Source: a candidate division WOR-3 bacterium
Lineage (GTDB): Bacteria > Hydrothermota > Tepidihabitantia > Tepidihabitantales > DTDR01
Direction of reading: 5' to 3'
NCBI GenBank assembly: GCA_039801725.1
Contig: JBDRVE010000003.1
Span: 9,418-73,417 of the forward strand
DNA: 64,000 bases
In this document: in pieces, positions 18,248 through 27,680 of the stretch
Numbering within the stretch: position 1 is the stretch's first letter
How the letters are laid out: each line of letters opens with the position of its first letter
The notes under the pieces: model-generated
Database searches by the model: none
Told to the model about the DNA's origin: nothing
Seen by the model: the letters and a program-made list of their open reading frames with translations, nothing else
Translations under genes and position numbers: made by a program

Positions 18248-19504
18248 ATGAAATTTCATATAAAAGATATTAATTTATCTGCTCTTGGTAGGACACGTGT
18301 AGAATGGGCGGGAAGATTTATGCCCGTTTTGAAATTGATTGGCGAACGATTTGAAAAAGAAAAACCTTTTAAAAATATAAAAATTTCTGCCTGTCTTCAC
18401 ATCACCACAGAAACAGCTAATTTGCTGATTGTTTTAAAAAAAGGTGGAGCAATTATTAGAGTATGTGCTTCTAATCCTCTCTCTACTCAAGATGATGTGG
18501 CTGCTTATCTTGTTAAAGAAATGGAGATTCCAGTATTTGCTATTAAAAGGGAAGACAAAAAAACTTATTATTTTCATATTCATCAAGTTTTGGAGCAAAA
18601 GCCGAACATTACTATTGATGATGGTGCTGATTTGGTTTCCACATTACATAAAGAAAGAAAGGATTTGATTGATGAGGTAATTGGTGGAACAGAAGAAACC
18701 ACTACTGGAGTTATCAGATTGAAAAATATGGAGAGAGAAGGTGTTTTAAAATATCCGATAATTGCGGTAAACGATTCTTATACTAAATATCTCTTTGATA
18801 ATCGTTATGGAACAGGTCAGTCAACAATTGATGGAATCTTACGAGCAACAAATTTTCTTTTTAGTGGTTCAACAGTGGTCATTTGTGGTTATGGCTGGTG
18901 TGGTCGTGGTATCGCAATGCGGGCAAAAGGAATGGGTGCTCAAGTAATAATTTGTGAAGTTGACCCAATCAAAGCATTAGAGGCGAAAATGGATGGTTAC
19001 GAAGTAATGAGTTTAGTCGAGGCTTCGAGGATTGGTGATTTGTTTATCACCGCTACCGGCAATATTAATGTAATAAATAAAAAACATTTTCTTTTAATGA
19101 AGGATGGAGCAATTTTATGTAATGCTGGACATTTTGATGTTGAAATTGATAAAAAGGGTTTAAAAGAAGTAAGTATTAAAAAAAGAAAAATAAGAGAATT
19201 TTGTGAAGAATACTTATTGAAAAATAAAAGAAGAATTTATCTTTTAGCTGAAGGAAGGTTAGTAAATCTTTCTTCAGCAGAAGGACATCCGGCAGTGGTA
19301 ATGGATATGTCATTTGCTAATCAAGCCTTGGCTTGTGAATATTTAGTAAAAAATCGTAATAAATTAGAAAATAAAGTTTACAAATTACCATTAGAAATTG
19401 ATAAAGAAATTGCTTATTTAAAATTGAAATCAATGGGAATAAAAATAGATAGGCTAACAAAAGAGCAAGAAAAATATCTTATTTCTTGGCAGTTGGGAAC
19501 CTAA
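18248..19504 (+). CDS. ahcY: adenosylhomocysteinase
   Basis: 418 aa. Motifs [28 protein letters not shown] and NAD-binding GYGWCGRG. Follows metK (methyl cycle pair). Confidence 0.95.
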   Translation: MKFHIKDINLSALGRTRVEWAGRFMPVLKLIGERFEKEKPFKNIKISACLHITTETANLLIVLKKGGAIIRVCASNPLSTQDDVAAYLVKEMEIPVFAIKREDKKTYYFHIHQVLEQKPNITIDDGADLVSTLHKERKDLIDEVIGGTEETTTGVIRLKNMEREGVLKYPIIAVNDSYTKYLFDNRYGTGQSTIDGILRATNFLFSGSTVVICGYGWCGRGIAMRAKGMGAQVIICEVDPIKALEAKMDGYEVMSLVEASRIGDLFITATGNINVINKKHFLLMKDGAILCNAGHFDVEIDKKGLKEVSIKKRKIREFCEEYLLKNKRRIYLLAEGRLVNLSSAEGHPAVVMDMSFANQALACEYLVKNRNKLENKVYKLPLEIDKEIAYLKLKSMGIKIDRLTKEQEKYLISWQLGT

Positions 19505-19508
19505 AATA

Positions 19509-20420
19509 TTATCCCTTTATAAAAATTGGAATTTGATAGAGATGATAAATAAATTTTTCTTTGAAATAAAAAAGAGTTTGGGAAGTTAAAATCTCAATTG
19601 TTAAATAGGTTAATCCCTCTTTATTTGGTTTTATTTTTAAATAAAAAATATTATTCTCTTTCTTAAAGAGAAATCTTTGATTTTGATAATGGAGAAAAAT
19701 GAAGCATTCCTTTAAATTTTCTTCCTTTATTTTTATTTCAATAATAATTGAATCATTAATGGATAAACTGGGCAATTCCTCTAAGGAAAATAAATTTTTA
19801 AAGAAACTGGAGTCAATAGTGATTGAAGATTTATTTTTTAGATTAATAAAATCAATTTCCGGAGCAGTATCTAAATTGGGAAAAAAAGAGTTTATTGGCG
19901 AAATTTTATAAAATTGATATTTACCATTTTCTTTTCTTAAAATAATCTTTTTTTGTGCACAGATGGGATAGATTTTTTCATACTCTGTTATGCCGTAATT
20001 AATTTTTCTAATACTTTCTAAAACTCCCGTATCATTAAAAAATATCTGCCAAAGGGAATCATACTGAATAATTGCTATTACGTGACGCATAGAATCTAAA
20101 TGAATGATTTCACAAAAAGTATCTTTATTTTCAACAAAAAATTTTGACGAATCAAAAGAGAAGGTATCGTAACTTATTCGATAAAAACCAATAAGATGAG
20201 CGATTTTTTCAAAAACTTTTTGATTTCGATAGATAGTATCACAAGGAAGAAGAAGAGAAGAATAAAAGAAATCTATTGGTCTTTTTTCTAAAAAAGAATA
20301 AATCGAAATAATTTTCTTATTTTCTTTTAAAAATTGGTTAACTAATTCTTTATCATCCTCAAAGATATTTTCCTTTTGGCAAAAGATAAAAAAGATTACA
20401 AAAAATATTATTTTCCTCAT
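19509..20420 (-). CDS. hypothetical exported protein / possible lipoprotein
   Basis: 303 aa. N-terminal signal-like MRKIIFFVIFFIFCQ with Cys. No recognisable domain. Confidence 0.5.
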   Translation of the reverse strand: MRKIIFFVIFFIFCQKENIFEDDKELVNQFLKENKKIISIYSFLEKRPIDFFYSSLLLPCDTIYRNQKVFEKIAHLIGFYRISYDTFSFDSSKFFVENKDTFCEIIHLDSMRHVIAIIQYDSLWQIFFNDTGVLESIRKINYGITEYEKIYPICAQKKIILRKENGKYQFYKISPINSFFPNLDTAPEIDFINLKNKSSITIDSSFFKNLFSLEELPSLSINDSIIIEIKIKEENLKECFIFLHYQNQRFLFKKENNIFYLKIKPNKEGLTYLTIEILTSQTLFYFKEKFIYHLYQIPIFIKG

Positions 20421-20429
20421 AAATAAGAA

Positions 20430-20458
20430 GGGGAGACGGTTAAAAATTCCGCCTCCCC
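20430..20458 (-). terminator. rho-independent terminator after the T9SS cargo genes
   Basis: GGGGAGACGG / CCGCCTCCCC 10-bp stem with one mismatch and a 9-nt loop, 17 nt past the stop at 20475. T-rich on both flanks. Confidence 0.6.
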
Positions 20459-20474
20459 TTTCCTTTTGAGGTTT

Positions 20475-22217
20475 TTAGTTGTTGATTATTAACTTATATC
20501 TTTCGGTTAGATTATTTATCTTTACAGTTAAGAAATAAATGCCATTTTTCAGTTCTTGGGGAATTCGGAATTGATAATTGTGGCTTCCTTTTGGAAGATT
20601 TTTATTTAATAAATTCATAATTATTCTACCATTAACATCAGTCAAAGAGATATCTACTTTTGTCTCTTTTTCTAAATTAAGCGCAAGATAAGCATGTTTT
20701 CTAATCGGATTGGGATAGACTTTTAAGGCAAATAATTTATTTTCTTTTGTTTCCACAATACCGGTTTCTAAATATTCCCTTGGAACCTGATGAACAACAA
20801 ATGGGTTCATAGACATCGCTCCTTCACCTTGGACATAAAATCCCGAAACTAAATCAACTAAATAGACAATCCAACACATATCATCAACAATTGGAGCTAA
20901 GAACGGAAATCTCTTTGAAGTTTGGTCAGGTTCAGTAATTCTTTTTGGTGGTGCCCAAGTTAAACCACCATCGGTAGAAGCAGTTCCCCAAATATCAGCT
21001 CTTAATCTTTGAGTTGTTGGCTCATAATTTACTGGATCAAACTGTTCCCAAACTACATAAAGATTCCCATTTTGTAAGTTTTGACCAATAGATGGTCTAC
21101 CAGCAAAAATAGCATTATAACCAACAGTAGCTGCTAAGGTTTCGGGCATAATTCGGCAAATTCTTGTTAATTCCGGATTTCTTCCTGGTACATAATGCCA
21201 CATTTCCACTGGAATTACTCTACCAGTATCTCTTATATTAGGTGTGAAACAGAGAACGAAATTAGGTCTATCTTCTCTATCAAAGAAACCTCCCACAGAA
21301 GGTAGCCAAAGTTCAGGTAATGTTTCGCTTCCCGGTGTAAAAATTTCTGGAAATGGAAAAGGAATTACATCACTCCAAGTTTCGCCACCATCAGTGGAAA
21401 TTCTATAAGCACCGCTATCTGGGCCTGTGCCATCCCATTCTGTCCAGAAAATTACTACTTTATCACTTGTTTTAGAAGCAAATATTCCGTGGGCATCGCC
21501 TTGGGGAGCAATAGGTTCACCGGGTTGAGGAGCAATCAATCTTGGTTCTTCCGGAGTTGGCCAATCACGCATTCTAATATAAAAAACTCTTTCTCTTGCT
21601 CCTCCTGGGTCATCTTCAACTGCTGCTACATGAATCCAACCGTTACTTGTTATAGCAATGGGTGGCCATAAATAACCTTCTTGGCAATCACCATAATCAA
21701 AGATTCCTTGTCCGGGAGCAATATCTTTTGCAATTCTTGGAACGAGATATTGAGTGCCGGCAACATGTCCAACAATAAATTCGTTTCCTTCCATTGGATT
21801 AACATCAATATTTCCAAAACCGCAACGGGCATTAATTGCGTCAATCCCATCTTGACCAAATGCCCAAGACTGGGTAGCACGATCGTAGAAATTATATCTC
21901 ATATTTCTGTCGGGAAAATTAGATGGTTGGAGAGAAGTCATTCCTGTCACATGAACACCGCGACCAGGATCGTTATAAATTCTTTGTCGCATATGGCTGT
22001 TAAACTGCCAATCATAAGTGGTGAAGAAAACAGTATCTACTCTGCCAACCGGTTGCCAGGTAGGAAGAGGGGTTCTTTCTTTAATTATTTTCGTTTCTTT
22101 TACTTTTGGAAAATCGGCTTTCAATTCGGGAGGAAGAGCTTTTATAGGAATTAAATATTCTTTAGGAAGGGCAAATACAATTAATAAAGGAATAAAAATA
22201 ATTAATAATTTGCGCAT
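20475..22217 (-). CDS. secreted BNR/Asp-box repeat protein with T9SS C-terminal sorting domain
   Basis: Signal peptide. Asp-boxes STDGGETWS and STDGGLTWAPP. C-terminus LKVYPNPIRKHAYLALNL...GIYFLTVKINN...KLIINN matches the Por secretion tail pattern. AAGGAGG lies before the ATG. Confidence 0.75.
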   Translation of the reverse strand: MRKLLIIFIPLLIVFALPKEYLIPIKALPPELKADFPKVKETKIIKERTPLPTWQPVGRVDTVFFTTYDWQFNSHMRQRIYNDPGRGVHVTGMTSLQPSNFPDRNMRYNFYDRATQSWAFGQDGIDAINARCGFGNIDVNPMEGNEFIVGHVAGTQYLVPRIAKDIAPGQGIFDYGDCQEGYLWPPIAITSNGWIHVAAVEDDPGGARERVFYIRMRDWPTPEEPRLIAPQPGEPIAPQGDAHGIFASKTSDKVVIFWTEWDGTGPDSGAYRISTDGGETWSDVIPFPFPEIFTPGSETLPELWLPSVGGFFDREDRPNFVLCFTPNIRDTGRVIPVEMWHYVPGRNPELTRICRIMPETLAATVGYNAIFAGRPSIGQNLQNGNLYVVWEQFDPVNYEPTTQRLRADIWGTASTDGGLTWAPPKRITEPDQTSKRFPFLAPIVDDMCWIVYLVDLVSGFYVQGEGAMSMNPFVVHQVPREYLETGIVETKENKLFALKVYPNPIRKHAYLALNLEKETKVDISLTDVNGRIIMNLLNKNLPKGSHNYQFRIPQELKNGIYFLTVKINNLTERYKLIINN

Positions 22218-22228
22218 TTTTCCTCCTT

Positions 22229-24061
22229 TTAATTTATTATTATTTTTTTCTTATATATTTTCTTTCCGTCATTAAATAGGCAAAAATAAGTGCCTTTTCT
22301 TCCCTCAGCATCCCAAGTTAATTTATAATTTCCTTTTTCTTTTGTCGTATTTTCTAAAATTTCTACCATTTTACCACTAATGTCAAAAATAGCAATTGTT
22401 ATTGGTGAAGATTTTGGTAGTGAATAGATAATATTGATTTTTTTACTCGCTGGATTAGGAGAGATAAAAAAATTGGGTTTTGGAGAATATTTATTATTAT
22501 TTTCCGCAATACCAACTTCCACAAGTAAAGAGCACGGAACTCGGAAATAAAGAACTGGGTTATTAGTAACTACTCCTTCTTGCTGTGGAACACCACCAGC
22601 ATCTTTATCATTAATATAAGTAATATGTAAATAGCCGTCAACAGCAAAAGGTGCTAAGGAGAAGTAATCATCATCTTCACACATTCCAGGAGGGGCTCCA
22701 GGACTGGGTGAGTTTGTTAAATTTAATACTTCACCAATTCTTCCTTTTACTCCCCAAGTTCTTCCACCATCAGTAGAAACTGCGGCATACAATTCTCCGT
22801 TTATTCTTCTTCCTTGAGAAATGTCATTGGTATCTAAATTACCAACCCAAACACAATAAAGATTTCCATAATTATCAATTGCTAATTGTGGTCTATCAGC
22901 CGGTCTTCGCCAAGCATCATTATTAACATTGGGATAAGGCGAATACCACCAGGAGTCACCAACTACTTGTAAATGTCCGATACCGGATACCAAAGTTATT
23001 CCAGTTTCTTCACTCCAATGTCTAATTCTTGAAAAGCCAGGATAAGTTGCCGGTCCTTGGCTACCAACCATTGATAAGATTTCTGTCCAAACAACGTGTA
23101 AATTGCCGTTTAAATCATAAATAGCGTCACAATCAGCATAGGCAAATTCATGAGGCAAAGTATCGGTTGGGTATGGATAGTTTGTAATTTGCCTCGGCGG
23201 TTGCCAAGTAGCACCACGGTCATAAGATTCTCTTATCCAGACATTTTGTAAAACTTGCGAATGTATTTCTGGTAGATCAGAAGTATAGGCAATGACTACT
23301 TTATCACCATTTGGTTGGGCATATATATCACCAGAGAGACAAGCCATTACTGTATCATTCATTATTGGCATCCAATTAGTAAAAGTATTACCACCGTCGG
23401 TAGAACGGGAGTAATAGAAATCTTCTGAAGCACCGGCAGTTGGTGGCCTTCCGTATCCTAAAACATGAATAATTCCATTGTTACCAATTGTGCCATGTGG
23501 CCAAATAATTTCGTGACCATAAGGTGAAAGATTTACATCGGGTTCAATTGGGTCACCAAATATTCCTGTTTGGGGAGCAATTTCAATTGTTAAAGCCGAA
23601 TAGGTTACACCTTCTCTTGTATGATGGAAAAAGCAGCAAGCCTTTCCATCAGGAAACATTCCAAAAGTTACATATCCTGCTCGATAATTACCACTTGCTT
23701 GAACTCCCATTCCTAATTGGACAGTATCATCAAAATAGGCATTATAATAACAATAACGATTTGGATAAGAAGAATTTGAATCAGGTGAGTGCATCCAATC
23801 AAATCCCCAAGTATTGTTAGCAAACTCTATCCTTGAGCCCAAAGTGCCATTAGATTGATAATCAATAAAAGTTCGTGAAAGAAGAATTCCTGGTGAAGTA
23901 GTGAAAGTAAGAGAAGTGTTAACTGGTAAAAAGATTTTTTCTAGGCCGGTAGAAAAGGGAAGAGGAGAGTATGGTTGGCGATATTGAGAAGTTAAAAATT
24001 CACTTTTTGGTAAAGAAAATAAAAAAGGAATAAAAAAAATAAAAATACTTATTTTTTTCAT
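22229..24061 (-). CDS. secreted BNR/Asp-box repeat protein with T9SS C-terminal sorting domain (paralog of the next gene)
   Basis: Signal peptide. Asp-boxes STDGGNTFTNW, SYDRGATWQPP and STDGGRTWG. C-terminus FISPNPASKKINIIYSL...GTYFCLFNDGKKIYKKKIIIN. AAGGAGG lies before the ATG. Confidence 0.75.
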   Translation of the reverse strand: MKKISIFIFFIPFLFSLPKSEFLTSQYRQPYSPLPFSTGLEKIFLPVNTSLTFTTSPGILLSRTFIDYQSNGTLGSRIEFANNTWGFDWMHSPDSNSSYPNRYCYYNAYFDDTVQLGMGVQASGNYRAGYVTFGMFPDGKACCFFHHTREGVTYSALTIEIAPQTGIFGDPIEPDVNLSPYGHEIIWPHGTIGNNGIIHVLGYGRPPTAGASEDFYYSRSTDGGNTFTNWMPIMNDTVMACLSGDIYAQPNGDKVVIAYTSDLPEIHSQVLQNVWIRESYDRGATWQPPRQITNYPYPTDTLPHEFAYADCDAIYDLNGNLHVVWTEILSMVGSQGPATYPGFSRIRHWSEETGITLVSGIGHLQVVGDSWWYSPYPNVNNDAWRRPADRPQLAIDNYGNLYCVWVGNLDTNDISQGRRINGELYAAVSTDGGRTWGVKGRIGEVLNLTNSPSPGAPPGMCEDDDYFSLAPFAVDGYLHITYINDKDAGGVPQQEGVVTNNPVLYFRVPCSLLVEVGIAENNNKYSPKPNFFISPNPASKKINIIYSLPKSSPITIAIFDISGKMVEILENTTKEKGNYKLTWDAEGRKGTYFCLFNDGKKIYKKKIIIN

Positions 24062-24074
24062 ATTTTCCTCCTTT

Positions 24075-24695
24075 TTATTTAAGTCTAAATTTATAAGGAA
24101 TACTTACCCAAACTCTTACCGGCATATCTCTTTGTTTTGCTGGTGTGAATTTTGCTTGTCGGGCGGCGTCCATTGCTGCTTTATCTAACTCGGGATTTCC
24201 AGAAGATTTCAAAATTCTCACATCGGCAATACTTCCATCTATATCTACCAGTGCTTCTACCACCACATCTCCTTCATGACCTAATTGGCGAGCAATTTCC
24301 GGATATACTGGTTTTGGTAAATATACTTCTTTAGGTTTTACTTCTACCTTCCAAAAAGGAACAATAGGTATTTCTGTTTCTTCTGTCTTTTTATATATCT
24401 CACTAAATTCAGTTTTCCCAATAGAGGTAACTTCTTCTGCTTCTTCACCTGTTTGTGCTTCAGAGACCACAGCAATTTTGGGTCTTTCGACAGGTGGCGG
24501 TTCAGCAATTTGTTCTAACTCCGGTGGTAATTGTTCTAAAATCGTTCCCACTTCTTTTTTAGGAATATAAGGACGATAGAAAAATTCCTTAGGAAAAATT
24601 ATAAAAACCAATAAGACAAATGCCAACGCAAGTATTAACCCCACACGAAACATTAGGGAATAATACTCGTCCCATTCAAAAATTTTGTTGTTCAT
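24075..24695 (-). CDS. tonB: energy transducer TonB
   Basis: N-terminal TM, Pro/Glu-rich linker (EQLPPELEQIAEPPPVERP) and a C-terminal TonB domain (GDVVVEALVDIDGSIADVRILKSSGNPELDKAA). Confidence 0.8.
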   Translation of the reverse strand: MNNKIFEWDEYYSLMFRVGLILALAFVLLVFIIFPKEFFYRPYIPKKEVGTILEQLPPELEQIAEPPPVERPKIAVVSEAQTGEEAEEVTSIGKTEFSEIYKKTEETEIPIVPFWKVEVKPKEVYLPKPVYPEIARQLGHEGDVVVEALVDIDGSIADVRILKSSGNPELDKAAMDAARQAKFTPAKQRDMPVRVWVSIPYKFRLK

Positions 24696-25117
24696 AATTC
24701 ACCTCCCAATTTTTTATATTCAGTAGCAAATACTACTTTAAAAGCCTGGGCTTCTTTTAGGGCCTCTAATACGTCATTTATTCTTCCGTAGTCTACATCG
24801 CTATCAGCCATAATTTCTGCTATTAATTCTGGATTATCAGCAATTTTTAAAAGCATTACGTTTGTAACACCGGTTAAATCTAATACATTATCATCAATAG
24901 TAATTTTTCCGGTTTTATCTACCCAGATATGGGCAACATTTCTTCTTTTTATCAATCTTTCTGTTGCTTCTGCCTGTGGTAAGTTTACCTTTAGTCCTAT
25001 TTCTGTTCTTAAAACAGTAGTAAGCATAAAAAAGATGATTAGAAGAAAAGCAATATCACCAGTAGAAGCACTCGGTATTTCGGGAGTTTCTCTTTTAATT
25101 AAAAATTTTTTCATCAT
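24692..25117 (-). CDS. exbD: biopolymer transport protein ExbD/TolR
   Basis: 141 aa. Single TM with DIAFLLIIFFM motif. Part of the ExbB-ExbD-ExbD-TonB array. Confidence 0.85.
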   Translation of the reverse strand: MMKKFLIKRETPEIPSASTGDIAFLLIIFFMLTTVLRTEIGLKVNLPQAEATERLIKRRNVAHIWVDKTGKITIDDNVLDLTGVTNVMLLKIADNPELIAEIMADSDVDYGRINDVLEALKEAQAFKVVFATEYKKLGGEL

Positions 25118-25518
25118 TATTCCTCCTTCACAGGAGTCAGACTAATTTTTTCAGCCTTTGCTAATTTTAACTGGTCAAAGGCATCAATCATAATTTTATA
25201 AGGAGCCTTTCGAGAGACTTTTAAAGCAACAACCAATTCCGGATTTTTACTTAACGCTTCTTGAACAATTGATTTAATTTCCGGAATAGTGACTTTTTGG
25301 TCACCAATCATGACTTCGCCATAAGGATTTACTGTTATTATTAAAATATTTTCTTTTTTTACCTTAACTTCCGCTCCTTTTGGCGGAAGAACAATTTTTA
25401 AACCCTTTTCGCGAGAAAAAATAGAAGTTACCATAAAGAAAATAATCAATAGAAAGGCAATATCGCCAGTAGAAGCTGTGGGAATAGAAATTTTTTGTTC
25501 ACTTTTTCTTTTAAACAT
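25117..25518 (-). CDS. exbD: biopolymer transport protein ExbD/TolR (second copy)
   Basis: 133 aa. Same TGDIAFLLIIFFM motif as its neighbour. Confidence 0.85.
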   Translation of the reverse strand: MFKRKSEQKISIPTASTGDIAFLLIIFFMVTSIFSREKGLKIVLPPKGAEVKVKKENILIITVNPYGEVMIGDQKVTIPEIKSIVQEALSKNPELVVALKVSRKAPYKIMIDAFDQLKLAKAEKISLTPVKEE

Positions 25519-26125
25519 GTTGTTGTTTTGTTAAATATTCAATTAAAGTAGCTGCTGATGTTTCCAAATCACGGGTGTAGCTGTTGATTTTCATTTGGTA
25601 AAGAATGTGAATAATTGCTAACGGAGCAGCAATCATTAATCCCCACTTAGTGGTTATAAGAGCTTCAGAAATACCTGAAGCCACTACTGCTGGTTCTACT
25701 TCTCCTACAGCTGCTACCGCTGCAAAAGCGCGAATCATTCCGGTAACTGTACCTAAAAACCCAAAGAAAGGAGCTACCATAGTTAAACCACCCATCAAAT
25801 TCATTCCTCGATCTAGGAAACCTAATTCCGAGAGACCTGCTCGGGTAACAGCCTCTTCCATGGCACTCCTACCTTCTTTTGCTTTTTCCAAGGCTGCAAG
25901 AAGAACCCGAGATACTGGGCTGCGGGTTTTTTGGCAAAATTTAGTTCCTGCCTCTATTCCTTCTTTTTCAATTAAAGAAATAAGTTCACGGGTAAATTTT
26001 TTAGCATTTAGGGAAGCAACAATGAAAAGAGTAATAAACCGTTCAATAACTAAAGCAATACCAAGAATGGCACATGCTAATAAAAACCACATTATACCAC
26101 CACCCTTAATGAATTCCTGTATCAT
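25511..26125 (-). CDS. exbB: MotA/TolQ/ExbB proton channel protein
   Basis: 204 aa with three TM segments and the conserved GFLGTVTGMIRAF region. GGAGG lies before the ATG. Confidence 0.9.
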   Translation of the reverse strand: MIQEFIKGGGIMWFLLACAILGIALVIERFITLFIVASLNAKKFTRELISLIEKEGIEAGTKFCQKTRSPVSRVLLAALEKAKEGRSAMEEAVTRAGLSELGFLDRGMNLMGGLTMVAPFFGFLGTVTGMIRAFAAVAAVGEVEPAVVASGISEALITTKWGLMIAAPLAIIHILYQMKINSYTRDLETSAATLIEYLTKQQHV

Positions 26126-26153
26126 CTTTCCTCCTTATTTAGTTTCCTTTAAA

Positions 26154-26181
26154 ATATTAAAAAAAATAAATAAAAAGTCAA
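26154..26181 (-). promoter_or_regulatory. sigma70-type promoter of the exbB-exbD-exbD-tonB-cargo operon
   Basis: Minus strand TTGACT (26181-26176), N16, TAATAT (26159-26154), then a leader of about 28 nt with GGAGG. Confidence 0.5.
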
Positions 26182-26186
26182 TAAGA

Positions 26187-27680
26187 TTAAATTTCTTCCA
26201 AAAATTTGTATTCATCATATTTAAATTTGGGATTCATTTTTAATTCTAAATGAACCCCGATTTTCTTGATAAGTTGATTTAATCTTTCATTCCATTCATT
26301 GGTTAAAAATTCATAAAGATAGGGAGAAACCAACAGAAGAATTTTTTTCCCTTTTATTTTTTCAGTTTTATTTATTAAATAACTTTCAATTTTTAAACAA
26401 ACTTCGTACCGATCCAAAATTCTCCCTCTACCTTTACAAGCTGGACATTCTTCGCAAAGGGTAAAAAATAAACTCGGTCGAGTTTTTTCTCGGGTCATTT
26501 CCACTAATCCAAAACGGCTTAATTTACCAAAATCAGCTTTTGCTCGGTCATTAGCTAAACATAATTTTAATTCCTGATATACTCTTTCCCGATTTTTTTG
26601 TTCACGCATATCAATAAAATCAATGATAATCAGACCAGATAAATCTCGCAATCTAATTTGGCGAGCGATTTCAGCAGCTGCTTCTAAATTTGTTTGCAAT
26701 ATCAATGTTTCAGGATCTTCTTCAGAAGCAAAGCTTCCCGTATTTACATCAATAGTGACTAAGGCTTCGGTTTGGTCAATAGTGATAAAGCCACCACTTT
26801 TTAAAGGAATTTCTCTTGCCAGTGCTTTTTCTAACTCTTCATCAATTTTGAATTTCTTAAAAATAGGTTCTTTATCTTCATAAAAAATAATTTTATCTTT
26901 ATTAAACAATTCGGGAGTATAATTTTTTATATAGTTACATATTTCATAATAAAGATTTCGGTCATCTATATAAATAGCTTCGGTGTCCAAAGTATAAAGA
27001 TCCCGCACAATTTTTAATGCTAATTTTGGTTCTCTATAAAGCAAACGGGGAGCTCGGGATTTCTGAAATTCTCTTTCAATTTCTTCCCATTTGCCTTCTA
27101 AATAATGATAATCTCGAACAATTACCTCCTCGGGCATATTTTCAGCTGCTGTCCGAATAATTAATCCACGGTTAGGTTTTTTTAATTTTTTAGCAATCTC
27201 TTTTAACCGATTTCTTTCTTTTTTGTTAGCAATCCGTTGAGATACGCCAATGCGGGAGATAGTAGGGAAAAATACCACATATTTACCAGGCAAATGAATA
27301 AAAGAAGTTAAGCGAGCGCCCTTTTCACCAATTTGTTCTTTGACTACTTGACAGAAAATTTGATCACCAATATTTATCGGTAATTCTTCTTTTTTAGGTC
27401 TTTTAATTTTTTCTTCCTCTTCCTCTAAGTCAATTCCAAATATTTCTTCAGGTATTTCTGCTAATGGCAAAAAGCCATTTTTCCTTAAGCCAATATTTAC
27501 AAAAGCCCCCCGCAATCCTTTTACAATATTTTCCACTTTTCCTTTAAATATTTTTCCCACATTATTTTCAATTCCTTCACGTTCAATATAAAACTCTACT
27601 AAACGACCGTTCTCTAAAATTGCTACTCGGGTATCATTAAATTTGTGAGTGATTATAATAGTGGTTTTAGGTTTAATCAT
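26187..27680 (-). CDS. rng: ribonuclease G/E family endoribonuclease
   Basis: 497 aa. S1 domain (GKIFKGKVENIVKGLRGAFVNIG), DNase-I-like catalytic region (IIIDFIDM) and a CPACKGRG zinc link. Confidence 0.85.
   Translation of the reverse strand: MIKPKTTIIITHKFNDTRVAILENGRLVEFYIEREGIENNVGKIFKGKVENIVKGLRGAFVNIGLRKNGFLPLAEIPEEIFGIDLEEEEEKIKRPKKEELPINIGDQIFCQVVKEQIGEKGARLTSFIHLPGKYVVFFPTISRIGVSQRIANKKERNRLKEIAKKLKKPNRGLIIRTAAENMPEEVIVRDYHYLEGKWEEIEREFQKSRAPRLLYREPKLALKIVRDLYTLDTEAIYIDDRNLYYEICNYIKNYTPELFNKDKIIFYEDKEPIFKKFKIDEELEKALAREIPLKSGGFITIDQTEALVTIDVNTGSFASEEDPETLILQTNLEAAAEIARQIRLRDLSGLIIIDFIDMREQKNRERVYQELKLCLANDRAKADFGKLSRFGLVEMTREKTRPSLFFTLCEECPACKGRGRILDRYEVCLKIESYLINKTEKIKGKKILLLVSPYLYEFLTNEWNERLNQLIKKIGVHLELKMNPKFKYDEYKFLEEI

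Noticed and set aside
25650-26243. 197-aa plus-strand ORF (similar cases at 21681-22154, 22018-22275, 23524-23820, 51447-51806 and many 60-90 aa ORFs)
   Set aside because: All lie antisense to well-supported genes (exbB, BNR cargo, AOS and others). They have no start context and an Ala/Pro/Ser-skewed or junk composition typical of reverse-frame shadows.
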